Source: Narcine bancroftii (lineage: Eukaryota). Taken from it: a stretch of DNA of 64,000 bases. Shown here in pieces: positions 63,250 to 64,000 of this stretch (position 1 is the stretch's first letter; every line of letters starts with the position of its first letter). The DNA lies in the NCBI RefSeq assembly GCF_036971445.1, contig NC_091474.1, positions 14,012,001-14,076,000 of the forward strand, given 5' to 3'. The position numbers were made by a program, and so were the translations under genes. The notes under the pieces were generated by a model. That model saw only the letters and a list, made by a program, of their open reading frames with translations. It was not told the DNA's origin and searched no databases.

Positions 63250-63898
63250 CAGGTTTTCTCCACTTACGACCAACTAGACTTTCCTATCCAGAAGCATGAC
63301 CAAATTTTAAAAAAATACACACATGTTCAATATAGTGCCTGGCGAGCAGTCGCTGTTCTGCAGACACTAGAAAAATGGCAAGAGGAAAAATCCATCTCTT
63401 GTTGATTGTCCTTTAAAACATCTGAAATGGTGGAATGAGACAGAGAAAAAGTGAGGCTGTGAAAGGTTCTGCAAGTATGAAGAGACATTTCGATTCCTGT
63501 GCGCACATGGTGTATGCACATGGTGGGTTTGCATGCTGGAGTTTGGTTGGCAGATGTGTGAGAGTTCAGGGCGAAAATTCACTATCGTCAGGGTGCTTAC
63601 CTCATGCATGCGCCAACCGAGCTCCAATGCGCAAACCCATCACGCAAATGCCCAACAGAAGACTCGCACATGTGCACAGGAATCAAGATAGCTGTGCCCA
63701 GCCTATGGACCCTAGGATGCCGACTAACGAAGTAAGTACACACATTTTTGGCTCTTGCGTGCTCTGTATTCCTGTTAAGTTTGTCAAATACAACATTTGA
63801 TTTAAGTTTTCTTTAAGATTTCAGTCCTCGATGAATCCATTCCCAAGATACGACTGAACCTTCTGTCCCAATTACAGTCGTAAGTAGGGGACTACCTG
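63250..63898 (-). mobile_element. Tigger/pogo-like deletion derivative
   Basis: TA TSD (63248-63249, 63899-63900) and TIRs caggttttctccacttacgac / gtcgtaagtaggggactacctg. Minus-strand FSLSHSTISDVLKD resembles the CENP-B-type N-terminal HTH of Tigger transposases. Confidence 0.8.
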
Positions 63899-64000
63899 TA
63901 CTTGTCTTAAGTAGTTATCTGAGTGAGAATAACTGAGAGGAATGCTTCTCAGATCGTAACAACATGCCCTGCCCGATAACTTGGCATCAACAATCTTTGA

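Overview
Repeat-dense vertebrate genomic DNA, most likely from a cartilaginous fish (inferred from HE1/V-SINE-type SINEs, CR1 with an esterase ORF1, Penelope and Rex1/Babar elements). No host protein-coding exon can be identified with confidence, and nearly all ORF-track entries are retroelement remnants, antisense shadows, tandem-repeat frames or N-gap artefacts. The window holds decayed CR1, Rex1/Babar, L1-like and Penelope-like retroelements, solo LTRs, and hAT and Tigger/pogo-type non-autonomous DNA transposons, often nested two or three deep. It also holds five near-identical 3' copies of a young RTE family that by recall resembles the horizontally transferred AviRTE, and a 13.5 x 62-bp minisatellite inside a Tigger-like element. 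A CpG-enriched promoter with a probable first exon lies at about 54.8-55.2 kb (+ strand), with further candidate donors at 56.3 and 56.7 kb. The most interesting signals are the AviRTE-like burst, two twin-priming 5' inversions with TSDs (one RTE, one L1), three short local copies that each span a pre-existing TE junction, a compound double-hairpin hAT MITE and decayed hammerhead ribozyme cores in Penelope termini. I found no CRISPR, rRNA or standalone tRNA gene, and no new multi-gene system that I can support.
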